Positions 27,782 to 35,791 of a stretch of 64,000 nt of DNA are shown here, in pieces (position 1 is the stretch's first letter; every line of letters begins with the position of its first letter). Location: positions 242,279 to 306,278 of the forward strand of contig JBQNCN010000003.1 of assembly GCA_052169395.1 (NCBI GenBank). The letters are read 5' to 3'. The position numbers and the translations under genes were made by a program. Origin of the DNA: Candidatus Fimenecus sp. (GTDB lineage: Bacteria > Bacillota > Clostridia > Oscillospirales > Acutalibacteraceae). Below the pieces are notes generated by a model. That model saw only the letters and a list, made by a program, of their open reading frames with translations. It was not told the origin of the DNA and searched no databases.

Positions 27782-27796
27782 TGATAACCATTATCA
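27782..27796. promoter_or_regulatory. Fur-family (Zur-type) box over the znuA promoter
   Basis: TGATAAC-C-ATTATCA matches the 7-1-7 TGATAATnATTATCA pattern at 14 of 15 positions. On the minus strand it lies just downstream of TTGACA (27824..27819), a 17-nt spacer and TAAATT. Confidence 0.6.
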
Positions 27797-27845
27797 ATTT
27801 ATATCATATTCGTCATTTTGTCAAGCAAAAAATTTTATAAAAATA

Positions 27846-27876
27846 AAAGCTCTTATCTTTTAAGATAAGAGCTTTT
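27846..27876 (-). terminator. Terminator after the desulfoferrodoxin gene
   Basis: 12-bp stem AGCTCTTATCTT/AAGATAAGAGCT with a U-rich tail on the minus strand. Confidence 0.8.
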
Positions 27877-27887
27877 CAAAAGCATTA

Positions 27888-28262
27888 TTAAAGTTCGCAT
27901 TTCCAAAGTCCGTGAAGATTACAGTATTCATATGCTGCAACAATATTATCTCCTTCACTTATCATAAAACTTGCAGATGGAACATCCGTATAATTCAAAT
28001 ATTTAATCTGATAACCCTTTTCTGTTTCAAGTATAATCCACTTAATCGAATGTGCTTCCATCATAGGATGAGGCACAGAACCTACCGTAACATCTAATTT
28101 TGTTCCATTCTTTGAAACAACCGGAACATGCTTTTCACTTGCGGCATCAGTTGAATTTGCAACAAGATCTTCCATTTTTTCACCGCAACAGACCACGGGA
28201 ACTCCGGCATCTTCTATTCTAACAATAATATTTCCGCAGTGCTTACATCTATAAAATTTCAT
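27888..28262 (-). CDS. dfx: Desulfoferrodoxin (two-iron superoxide reductase)
   Basis: N-terminal desulforedoxin-like CKHCGN...VVCCGE site. C-terminal SOR domain with EKHVP, VPHPM and CNLHG ligand contexts. 124 aa. Confidence 0.85.
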   Translation of the reverse strand: MKFYRCKHCGNIIVRIEDAGVPVVCCGEKMEDLVANSTDAASEKHVPVVSKNGTKLDVTVGSVPHPMMEAHSIKWIILETEKGYQIKYLNYTDVPSASFMISEGDNIVAAYEYCNLHGLWKCEL

Positions 28263-28320
28263 AATTACACTCCTAATATGTTATTTATGATTATGTAACA
28301 GAACCTCTATTACCTAATAT

Positions 28321-28348
28321 ATTATATCATTTAGAAATATAATTGCAA
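28321..28348 (-). promoter_or_regulatory. Promoter of dfx
   Basis: Minus strand TTGCAA (28348..28343), a 16-nt spacer, then TATAAT (28326..28321). Confidence 0.5.
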
Positions 28349-28406
28349 GCGTAAAATTTAATTTTGCTCAATCTTTATTGCTAATTTTTATTAGCAACAG
28401 CAAATA

Positions 28407-29828
28407 TTAGTATATTGATATACTTTCAATTTCAGGTAATTTTCTATATTGTTTAAATTTAAAAATAAGTTTTTCCGCAAACACAGGCTTTTTAAAACTT
28501 ATTATTTTCTTATACCCTATTGTAAATCCCTTGTAGATTCTTTTTAATGAACCGTTTTTTTCTGAATAAATTTCAAATCGCTCTACAAATTGACCATCTG
28601 CAATATGTTCTTTCAACACAATATTTCTTATTTCTCTTATGTTTTCAAAATCAAAAATGAGCTGCGGTACAACATCAAATTCTTCAGGACACCAGAAACT
28701 GTCATCCGCTGCAATAACATTTACCGCCAAACTGCTTTCAGATGAAGCCTTCGGTAAAATATACTTTACCAAATCAAGTGAAAATTCATACTTAATTTTA
28801 TTTCCAAATGCTATAAGACTTTCAACATCAGTCTGTGATAACAGTCCCTTTTTATTTGGCGGTACATTCAAAAGAAGTGCAGAATTATTTCCGACACTGT
28901 TTTTATAAATTTCCCAAAGTTCATACTCATTTTTTACACGAAAATCTTCCTTTTCATGATAAAACCAACCAGGTCTTATTGATACATCTGTCTCAGCTGG
29001 ATAAAAACAAAATGCGGAAATATTTTTTATTGCTTTTCTTGATCCTATATCCTTTTTATATGCTTTAGGCGGCTTACCAATTTTTTTTTGAGAATTATCC
29101 GAAACAAAATTAGAATTTAGATACAATGTCGGCACAACGCTCCATTCCTGTTTTCTTGTTTTACCCTGTTCATTTCCAATCCAACGAATATCCGGACCGC
29201 AATTTGCAATTACAGCATTTGGCTGAAGTTCTCTTATAAGTTCAAAAATTCCTTTATAATCATAAGTTTGCTTTTTTCCGTTTTGCTTTTCTCCGTTTGC
29301 ACCGTCAATCCAAACGACAAAAATTTCTCCGTAATTTAAAAGAAGCTCTCTTAACTGATTTTTATAAAAATCATTATATTCATATGTTCCATAAGTTTTT
29401 TCGTGTCTGTCCCAAGGCGATAAATATATACCGAATTTAAGTCCATAATGTCTGCAAGCATCTGAAACCTCTTTTACAATATCACCTTTGCCATCCTTAT
29501 ACGGACTTGACTTAACTGAGTAATCAGTATATTCACTCTGCCAAAGACAAAATCCGTCATGGTGCTTACAAGTTAAAATAACACCCTTCATTCCTGCAGA
29601 TTTAAATATCTTTACCCATTCGTATGGATTACAACTTTCAGGATTAAAAAGTTTTGGGTCATCAGTACCGTCGCCCCATTCTTTATCTGTAAATGTATTC
29701 AGTCCAAAATGAACAAACGCATAAAACTCCATTTTCTGCCACAATAGCTGCCTTTGTGACGGTTTTTTTTCAGCTGCATCAAGATAGGCCTCTTTTTTTA
29801 TTTCCGTTATTTCTTCGCCTCTTCTCAT
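28407..29828 (-). CDS. Alpha-L-fucosidase, GH29, with a C-terminal discoidin-like domain and no signal peptide
   Basis: FVHFGLNTFTDKEWGDGTDDPKLFNP...AGMKGVILTCKHHDGFCLWQSEYTDYSV is typical of GH29. The ATG (29828..29826) shares one base with the rnfB stop. The 497-aa version in the track overlaps rnfB by 73 nt. Confidence 0.8.
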   Translation of the reverse strand: MRRGEEITEIKKEAYLDAAEKKPSQRQLLWQKMEFYAFVHFGLNTFTDKEWGDGTDDPKLFNPESCNPYEWVKIFKSAGMKGVILTCKHHDGFCLWQSEYTDYSVKSSPYKDGKGDIVKEVSDACRHYGLKFGIYLSPWDRHEKTYGTYEYNDFYKNQLRELLLNYGEIFVVWIDGANGEKQNGKKQTYDYKGIFELIRELQPNAVIANCGPDIRWIGNEQGKTRKQEWSVVPTLYLNSNFVSDNSQKKIGKPPKAYKKDIGSRKAIKNISAFCFYPAETDVSIRPGWFYHEKEDFRVKNEYELWEIYKNSVGNNSALLLNVPPNKKGLLSQTDVESLIAFGNKIKYEFSLDLVKYILPKASSESSLAVNVIAADDSFWCPEEFDVVPQLIFDFENIREIRNIVLKEHIADGQFVERFEIYSEKNGSLKRIYKGFTIGYKKIISFKKPVFAEKLIFKFKQYRKLPEIESISIY

Positions 29829-30634
29829 TATGCTCTCAGCTCCACAAGCTTTATTGCGTTTGTAGGACAACCTTCCACACATTTTCCGCAACCTATACAT
29901 TTATCCGCATCAACGGATGCTGTAAAGTTTTCAACCTTTACAGCTCCAACAGGGCATACTCTCTGGCATTTCATACATCCTATACAACCAACCTTACATT
30001 CCTTCCTTGTGAATGCGCCTTTATTATGATTTTTGCAAGATACAACCGCCATAATCTTATTTACCGGCAACATATCAATAAGTCCTTTAGGACACGCCTT
30101 AACACAAGCGCCACAGGATTTACAGGTTTCATAATCCACTCTAGCTATGCCATCTACTATATACATAGAATCAAACTTACATGCATTTACACAATCCCCA
30201 TATCCTATACAACCGTATACGCATTCCTTTGGACCGCCAAAAAGTTGATTTGCATATTTACATGAAAGTTCTCCCTCATAATTTAATTTAAGTTTTGAAT
30301 TTTCAGGTGTTCCGCTGCAATGGACAAAGGCAACCTTCTTTGTAATTCCCTCAGCCGCAACACCAATCACCTTTGCAATCTGCTCCGCAGCAGCACTTCC
30401 ACCAGGTGCACACAGATTTGTTTTCATTTCACTACCATCAGCAAGTGCTGCAGCATAGCCATCGCAACCTGAATATCCGCACGCTCCACAGTTTGCACCG
30501 GGCAAACACTCACGAATATCCTCTTCCTTTTGATTTTTCTTTACAGCAAAAACCACAGATGCCACAGAAAGTCCGATACCTGCAACAAGTCCGAGTGACG
30601 ATACTATAACTCCCGCAAGCAGTATTGAATTCAT
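29828..30634 (-). CDS. rnfB: Rnf complex subunit B (polyferredoxin)
   Basis: N-terminal TM helix, CPGANCGACGYSGC cluster, and several CxxCxxCxxxCP ferredoxin motifs. Confidence 0.9.
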   Translation of the reverse strand: MNSILLAGVIVSSLGLVAGIGLSVASVVFAVKKNQKEEDIRECLPGANCGACGYSGCDGYAAALADGSEMKTNLCAPGGSAAAEQIAKVIGVAAEGITKKVAFVHCSGTPENSKLKLNYEGELSCKYANQLFGGPKECVYGCIGYGDCVNACKFDSMYIVDGIARVDYETCKSCGACVKACPKGLIDMLPVNKIMAVVSCKNHNKGAFTRKECKVGCIGCMKCQRVCPVGAVKVENFTASVDADKCIGCGKCVEGCPTNAIKLVELRA

Positions 30635-30645
30635 ATTATCACCCC

Positions 30646-31233
30646 TTAAGCAAAAATGCCCTCAACAACACCTGAAAAGCCCATAAACGAAAGAGATGTA
30701 AGCGATGCTGCAACCAATGTTATTGGCAAACCCTCCATAAATTTCGGGATTTTAGAGCTTTCCAATTTGCCTCTTACTCCTGAAAACATAACCATTGCAA
30801 GCATATAACCAAGCCCCGCACCAAAAGAATTTACGATTGATTCCATAAATGTAAATCCTTCATCTATATTTAAGATTGCAACACCAAGTACTGCACAATT
30901 TGTTGTTATAAGCGGCAAATAAATACCAAGTGCCTTATAAAGACTTTGCATATTTTTCTTCATAAAAATTTCAATAAACTGAACGAGTGCTGCTATAACC
31001 AAAATAAAAACAATAGTCTGAAGATAAGAAAGTCCTCGTTTTTCTAAAAGAGTATTAAGCGGATAGGTAACAGCTGTGCTCACCACCATAACCAAAATAA
31101 CTGCAAAACTCATTCCAACTGAAGTATTAAGCTTTTTAGATACACCTAAAAAAGGACAAATTCCTAAAAATTTTTCAAGAATATAGTTATTTGTAAGAAT
31201 TGCCGTAAGGATTATAGACATATAAATTTTCAT
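30646..31233 (-). CDS. rnfA: Rnf complex subunit A
   Basis: Six-TM RnfA/NqrE-like protein (TNNYILEKFLGICPFLGVS). ATGA overlap with rnfE. Confidence 0.9.
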   Translation of the reverse strand: MKIYMSIILTAILTNNYILEKFLGICPFLGVSKKLNTSVGMSFAVILVMVVSTAVTYPLNTLLEKRGLSYLQTIVFILVIAALVQFIEIFMKKNMQSLYKALGIYLPLITTNCAVLGVAILNIDEGFTFMESIVNSFGAGLGYMLAMVMFSGVRGKLESSKIPKFMEGLPITLVAASLTSLSFMGFSGVVEGIFA

Positions 31234-31943
31234 TTTATGCCCTCCAAAACCTCTTTTTCTTCATTCTCCGCTTTAGCCGCACATGATGAAGCCATAGGAC
31301 AAGCGGAACAGTCAGGAAGAACAGCTTTTTTCTTTCCTTTCTTTTCGGCAAGACGATTTATAAGAGCCATAATAAGCCCATAGGTGAAAAATCCACCGGG
31401 AGCCATAACTAAAATTGTCATAGGCGAAAAAAACGAAGGCATAATCCTATGATTTAAGAGGGTTCCGGAACCAAAAAGTTCCCTAAAAGCACCCATAACT
31501 ACAAGTGCACTTGTAAATCCGACACCCATACCAAGACCGTCGAGAGCAGAACGAACAACAGAATTTTTACCTGCAAAAGCCTCCGCTCTACCAAGTATTA
31601 TACAGTTCACCACTATAAGCGGTAAATAGACTCCAAGCATATTGTTAAGGTCTGGCAAAAATGCTTTTACAAGCATCTGTACTATTGTAACAAAACCGGC
31701 AATAACAACAATATAACAAGGAATTCTTACCTTTGCAGGAATAATTTTTCTGAGTGCTGAAATCACAATATTTGAGCATATAAGTACTATTGCAGCTGAA
31801 ATTCCCATTCCTATTGCACTTTCAAGAGATGTAGTTGTCGCAAGAGTTGGACAAGTGCCGAGCACAAGTCTTAGAACAGGGTTTTCCTTTATTATACCTT
31901 TTGTAAATTCCTTTCTAAGAGGTATTTTCTGTTCAGCCATCAA
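31230..31943 (-). CDS. rnfE: Rnf complex subunit E with a Cys-containing C-terminal extension
   Basis: RnfE/NqrD-like (NPVLRLVLGTCPTLATT). Tail reads KKGKKKAVLPDCSACPMASSCAAKAENEEKE. Confidence 0.9.
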   Translation of the reverse strand: MMAEQKIPLRKEFTKGIIKENPVLRLVLGTCPTLATTTSLESAIGMGISAAIVLICSNIVISALRKIIPAKVRIPCYIVVIAGFVTIVQMLVKAFLPDLNNMLGVYLPLIVVNCIILGRAEAFAGKNSVVRSALDGLGMGVGFTSALVVMGAFRELFGSGTLLNHRIMPSFFSPMTILVMAPGGFFTYGLIMALINRLAEKKGKKKAVLPDCSACPMASSCAAKAENEEKEVLEGIK

Positions 31944-32536
31944 AATCCCTCCTTTGACAATTTTTCATAAACTTCAGTTGCGCCTGAAACCGCATTTGCC
32001 ATTGCTCTTGAAGTAATTGTAGCACCTGTAATAGCCTGAATCTCGGTATCGCTTGGGCCTGATTTATTCACGCCTATCTTCCCCGACTTTCCTTTAAATT
32101 GGTCAAGAAAGCTCTGCTCTTTTGCTCTCATTCCAAGCCCTGCAGTATCTTCAATAGATGTTATTGAAACTGCAACAATCTTTCCGTCATTAGCAATTCC
32201 TACCATTGCTTTAAGTTCTCCATTATATGACTTTGCGTGGGTTTTAACAACAAGTCCTATATTTTCTCCGTCGGACTTTCCCTCATAATATGAATATTCA
32301 GTATCATTAACTGTTATCTTCTTTTCATCTGAAAAATCCTTTGCCACAGGAAGCACCTGTGCCATAGTTTTATTTTCATTTTCTTTTGCAAGTTTTTCAA
32401 TTTTAGGTGCTGTTATTTTATCCGTAAAAGCCAAAAGCAGTGAAACCGCAAGACAAATTATAAAAAGAGAAATTGTAGGAATAATTATTTCTTTCGATGA
32501 AAACTTTATTCTTTCTTTCTCACTTTTTTTACTCAT
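31940..32536 (-). CDS. rnfG: Rnf complex subunit G (FMN-binding)
   Basis: N-terminal TM anchor and an FMN_bind domain with AITGATITSRA (flavinylation threonine context). Confidence 0.9.
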   Translation of the reverse strand: MSKKSEKERIKFSSKEIIIPTISLFIICLAVSLLLAFTDKITAPKIEKLAKENENKTMAQVLPVAKDFSDEKKITVNDTEYSYYEGKSDGENIGLVVKTHAKSYNGELKAMVGIANDGKIVAVSITSIEDTAGLGMRAKEQSFLDQFKGKSGKIGVNKSGPSDTEIQAITGATITSRAMANAVSGATEVYEKLSKEGF

Positions 32537-33549
32537 TTTGCCGCCTCCTCTTTTTCCTTAGACTCTCTCACTTCACCAAAGGGCTTATAATGTGTGGAAT
32601 TTTCTATAAGAGGCACAAAAATATTCATAATAAATATAGCGAAAGAAACACCCTCGGGCATGTTTCCGTAAAGTCTTATTAAAGAGGCTATCAAACCGCA
32701 CCCTATCGCAAAAATAACTCTTCCACGAGGAGTTTCTGGGGATGTCGCATAATCGGTAGCCATAAATACCGCACCAAGCAAAAGTCCTCCAGAAAGAAGC
32801 TGAACGACGGTAAACATAAAATTACCCTTGCTGAAAGCAAACATTATCACCGCAACCGTCCCCACAAAAACAAAAGGAATGGTCGGTTTAACAGTTTTTC
32901 TTATTAAAAGATAAACAAATCCTATAAGTATGGCAACGGCACAAGTTTCTCCCAGAACACCTCCACGTTCACCTATTAAAAGCTTATATAAATTTGGAAA
33001 CTCAGCAACATCCATTGCAGCTTTAATATCCTGAGCTTTATATACAGAACTCATCTTTGAAAGAGGCGTTGCTTGGGTTATTGCATCAAGATGATTTTTC
33101 CATGCAAAAGGTGCAGGAAAGCTTGACATGTTTTTAGAAAAAGACAGCATAAGAACTATTCTTCCTCCCAGAGCGGGATTTACAAAGTTATCTCCTATAC
33201 CTCCAAAAAATTGTTTTATTACAATTATTGATACAAATGCACCCACCACAACCATTTCAAGAGGCATATTTGACGGTAGATTAAACGCCAAAAGAATGCC
33301 GGTTACAACGGCAGATAAATCCCATATAGTGTTCGGTCTTTTCATAATTTTTCTTGCCGCAAACTCAAAAAGAACACAGCTTAAAACACTCACACCTGTA
33401 ACAAGCAGCGTCCTCGGTCCGAAAAACCAAACAGATGCCGCAAGAGCGGGTAAAAGCGCAATTATTACATCAATCATTATAGTTTTTGTAGTGCGTCTTT
33501 TTCGCTGATGTGGGGAAGCGCTAACCGTAAGTATATTTGTTTCTTCCAT
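32533..33549 (-). CDS. rnfD: Rnf complex subunit D
   Basis: Polytopic NqrB/RnfD-like protein with DAITQATPL at the usual flavinylation position. Confidence 0.9.
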   Translation of the reverse strand: MEETNILTVSASPHQRKRRTTKTIMIDVIIALLPALAASVWFFGPRTLLVTGVSVLSCVLFEFAARKIMKRPNTIWDLSAVVTGILLAFNLPSNMPLEMVVVGAFVSIIVIKQFFGGIGDNFVNPALGGRIVLMLSFSKNMSSFPAPFAWKNHLDAITQATPLSKMSSVYKAQDIKAAMDVAEFPNLYKLLIGERGGVLGETCAVAILIGFVYLLIRKTVKPTIPFVFVGTVAVIMFAFSKGNFMFTVVQLLSGGLLLGAVFMATDYATSPETPRGRVIFAIGCGLIASLIRLYGNMPEGVSFAIFIMNIFVPLIENSTHYKPFGEVRESKEKEEAAK

Positions 33550-34874
33550 TATGAGTTTCTCCTTATTTCAGCCTTAGCATCTCTCATATACTGCACAAGC
33601 GGTTTTCCTGCAGGGCAAACATAAGAACAGCACCCACATTCCATACAAACCATTGTGCCCGCTTTTTTAAGATTTTTAATATCATCAGCTACATCATATC
33701 TATGAATAAGTTCCGGCATAAGACGCATAGGACAAACATCTGCACAACTTCCGCATTTTATACAATCCGTTTCATTTTTAAGTACGCTGTCACTTTTAGT
33801 AAATGCCAAAACCGCATTATTCTGTTTTATTATCGGATGCTCAGTTCCAACAACAGAAATACCCATCATAGGTCCACCCGTTATTATCTTTACCGGATGT
33901 TCTTTAAATCCGCCGCAGTTGTCTATTATATACTGAATTGAAGTTCCTATCGCCGTTCTCACATTCTGCGGAGAGCCTACGGCGGACCCTTCAATAGTAA
34001 GACTTCTTGACACAAGCGGTTTTCCCGTTTTTATATATCTTGACAAAAAAGCCATCGTGCTTATATTCGCAACTACACAGCCAACATCAGACGGAAGCTT
34101 TCCCGGAGGAACTTTTCTTCCGGTCACTGCATAAATCATCATTTTCTCCGCACCTTGAGGATACATTGAACGAAGCGGAACAACAGACACAAGATTTTCA
34201 AACGCCTTATCCTGTGCCATTTCACACATAACCTTAATAGCAAGAGGTTTATTATCTTCAACAGCTACAAAAATATTCTTAAAATTGAAATATTTTTTTA
34301 TTAAAAGAAGAGATTCCTTTATATCATACGCTTTTTCAATACATTCTCTGTAATCAACAGTAATATAAGGCTCACACTCCGCCGCATTTATAAGAAGAGT
34401 ATCAACCTTTTCATCATCAAATCTAAATTTTATATGTGTAGGAAATCCTGCGCCGCCAAGACCTACAAGCCCTGAATCACGCATAGCTTTTATTAAATCC
34501 TCACGACTGTTTATAACTGGCGGAGTAATATCTGCACAAAGTTCCATTTTTCCGTCATTTTCTATAATCACGCAATTTGAAACCGCACCGTTTGCAAGTT
34601 TTTGTTCTTTGACATCACGAACCTTGCCTGAAACGGAAGCGTGTACAGGCGTTGAAACAAATTTGTCGCTATCTCCTATAATTTGCCCGACTTTTACCAA
34701 ATCGCCTTTTTTTACTGTAGGCTCACACGGCGCACCTATATGCTGGCTCATAGGAAGTACCACCACTTCAGGCTCAGGCAATCTTCGTATTGCCATATCC
34801 TCTGTATTTTTATTGTGATGAACCTTTACTCCGCCACGCAAACGCTTTTTCGGCTTTACAAGTATCTTAGGCAT
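33549..34874 (-). CDS. rnfC: Rnf complex subunit C
   Basis: GLVGLGGAGFPTHIK nucleotide/FMN motif and two C-terminal CxxCxxCxxxCP clusters. Confidence 0.9.
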   Translation of the reverse strand: MPKILVKPKKRLRGGVKVHHNKNTEDMAIRRLPEPEVVVLPMSQHIGAPCEPTVKKGDLVKVGQIIGDSDKFVSTPVHASVSGKVRDVKEQKLANGAVSNCVIIENDGKMELCADITPPVINSREDLIKAMRDSGLVGLGGAGFPTHIKFRFDDEKVDTLLINAAECEPYITVDYRECIEKAYDIKESLLLIKKYFNFKNIFVAVEDNKPLAIKVMCEMAQDKAFENLVSVVPLRSMYPQGAEKMMIYAVTGRKVPPGKLPSDVGCVVANISTMAFLSRYIKTGKPLVSRSLTIEGSAVGSPQNVRTAIGTSIQYIIDNCGGFKEHPVKIITGGPMMGISVVGTEHPIIKQNNAVLAFTKSDSVLKNETDCIKCGSCADVCPMRLMPELIHRYDVADDIKNLKKAGTMVCMECGCCSYVCPAGKPLVQYMRDAKAEIRRNS

Positions 34875-35411
34875 CTATTCCCCCCTTGCGTCATCTGTGA
34901 CGCCTTTAAAAGATTTTAAAAGTTTGGGCATAGTAATACTCAGTATCACTCCTGTTATAGCACCGGTTACTATTGAAGCCGCTGCCATAACAGGAGCATA
35001 ACCTAAAACAGATTTATTTCCTACTACTGCAAATGCACATAAAAACTGCCCAAAATTATGCGTAATTGCAGAAAATATACCAATTTCAATATAACCGAGT
35101 TTTGTATATCGAAAAAGGACAAACATTATAACTGTACTTAAAATACCACCTGAAAGTGACATAAAAAACGCAGTTGCACCGTTTGTTAAAAATATAAACA
35201 ACGATTTTACAACAGCAACAAAAATACCTGACGGAAATCCAAAAAATACAACAGAAAACATAACCGCTATATTTGACAATCCCAGTTTTGCTCCCGGAGG
35301 CATAAATGCAAAGCTTGGAAGCATGCTCTCAAAAAAAGAAAGCCCTACCGCTAATGCCGAAAATACCCCCACGACCGATATTCTATACGTCTTTGAATCA
35401 AATATCTTCAT
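34875..35411 (-). CDS. Gx transporter family protein (Pfam Hpre_diP_synt_I-like, often mislabelled heptaprenyl diphosphate synthase component I)
   Basis: 178 aa with five or six TM helices (GVFSALAVGLSFFESMLP...PGAKLGLSNIAVM). The stop codon directly abuts the rnfC start. Confidence 0.65.
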   Translation of the reverse strand: MKIFDSKTYRISVVGVFSALAVGLSFFESMLPSFAFMPPGAKLGLSNIAVMFSVVFFGFPSGIFVAVVKSLFIFLTNGATAFFMSLSGGILSTVIMFVLFRYTKLGYIEIGIFSAITHNFGQFLCAFAVVGNKSVLGYAPVMAAASIVTGAITGVILSITMPKLLKSFKGVTDDARGE

Positions 35412-35791
35412 CAGCCCGTTTTTGCATCAACTAAGGCAGAATCGCCCTTTATCTCTATAATGGTTTTATTCGGTACACACACAGCGATATCTCCCGCCTT
35501 GCATAATATTCCGCTATGAACACAAACCTGATTTTTACAATCAGACTTTTTTATCCATACAGATTCACCTTTTACCGTAACAACCATATTATTTGAAAGC
35601 GTGTAATCTTGTTCCTGCATATTAGCTTTAAGTGGAATATTTATTTCTTCTTTTCCATAAACAACTGCAATAAGTCTTAGTTCCATATGTTTTTTTGATG
35701 AAAAACTTTTTAATATAAACACTACTGATAAAATCAATATAAGTGACAAAATCAGAACAGCGCCTTTTTTCGTCATCATCTTTCTATTCAT
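35411..35791 (-). CDS. NusG domain II-containing (DUF1312-like) single-pass membrane protein
   Basis: N-terminal TM helix, then VVTVKGESVWIKKSDCKNQVCVHSGILCKAGDIAVCVPNKTIIEI. TGATG overlap with the Gx gene. Confidence 0.65.
   Translation of the reverse strand: MNRKMMTKKGAVLILSLILILSVVFILKSFSSKKHMELRLIAVVYGKEEINIPLKANMQEQDYTLSNNMVVTVKGESVWIKKSDCKNQVCVHSGILCKAGDIAVCVPNKTIIEIKGDSALVDAKTG

Noticed and set aside
29693-30265. 190-aa plus-strand ORF
   Set aside because: It is antisense to rnfB and the fucosidase 5' end. Its composition simply mirrors the Cys-codon-rich ferredoxin gene, and it has no RBS.
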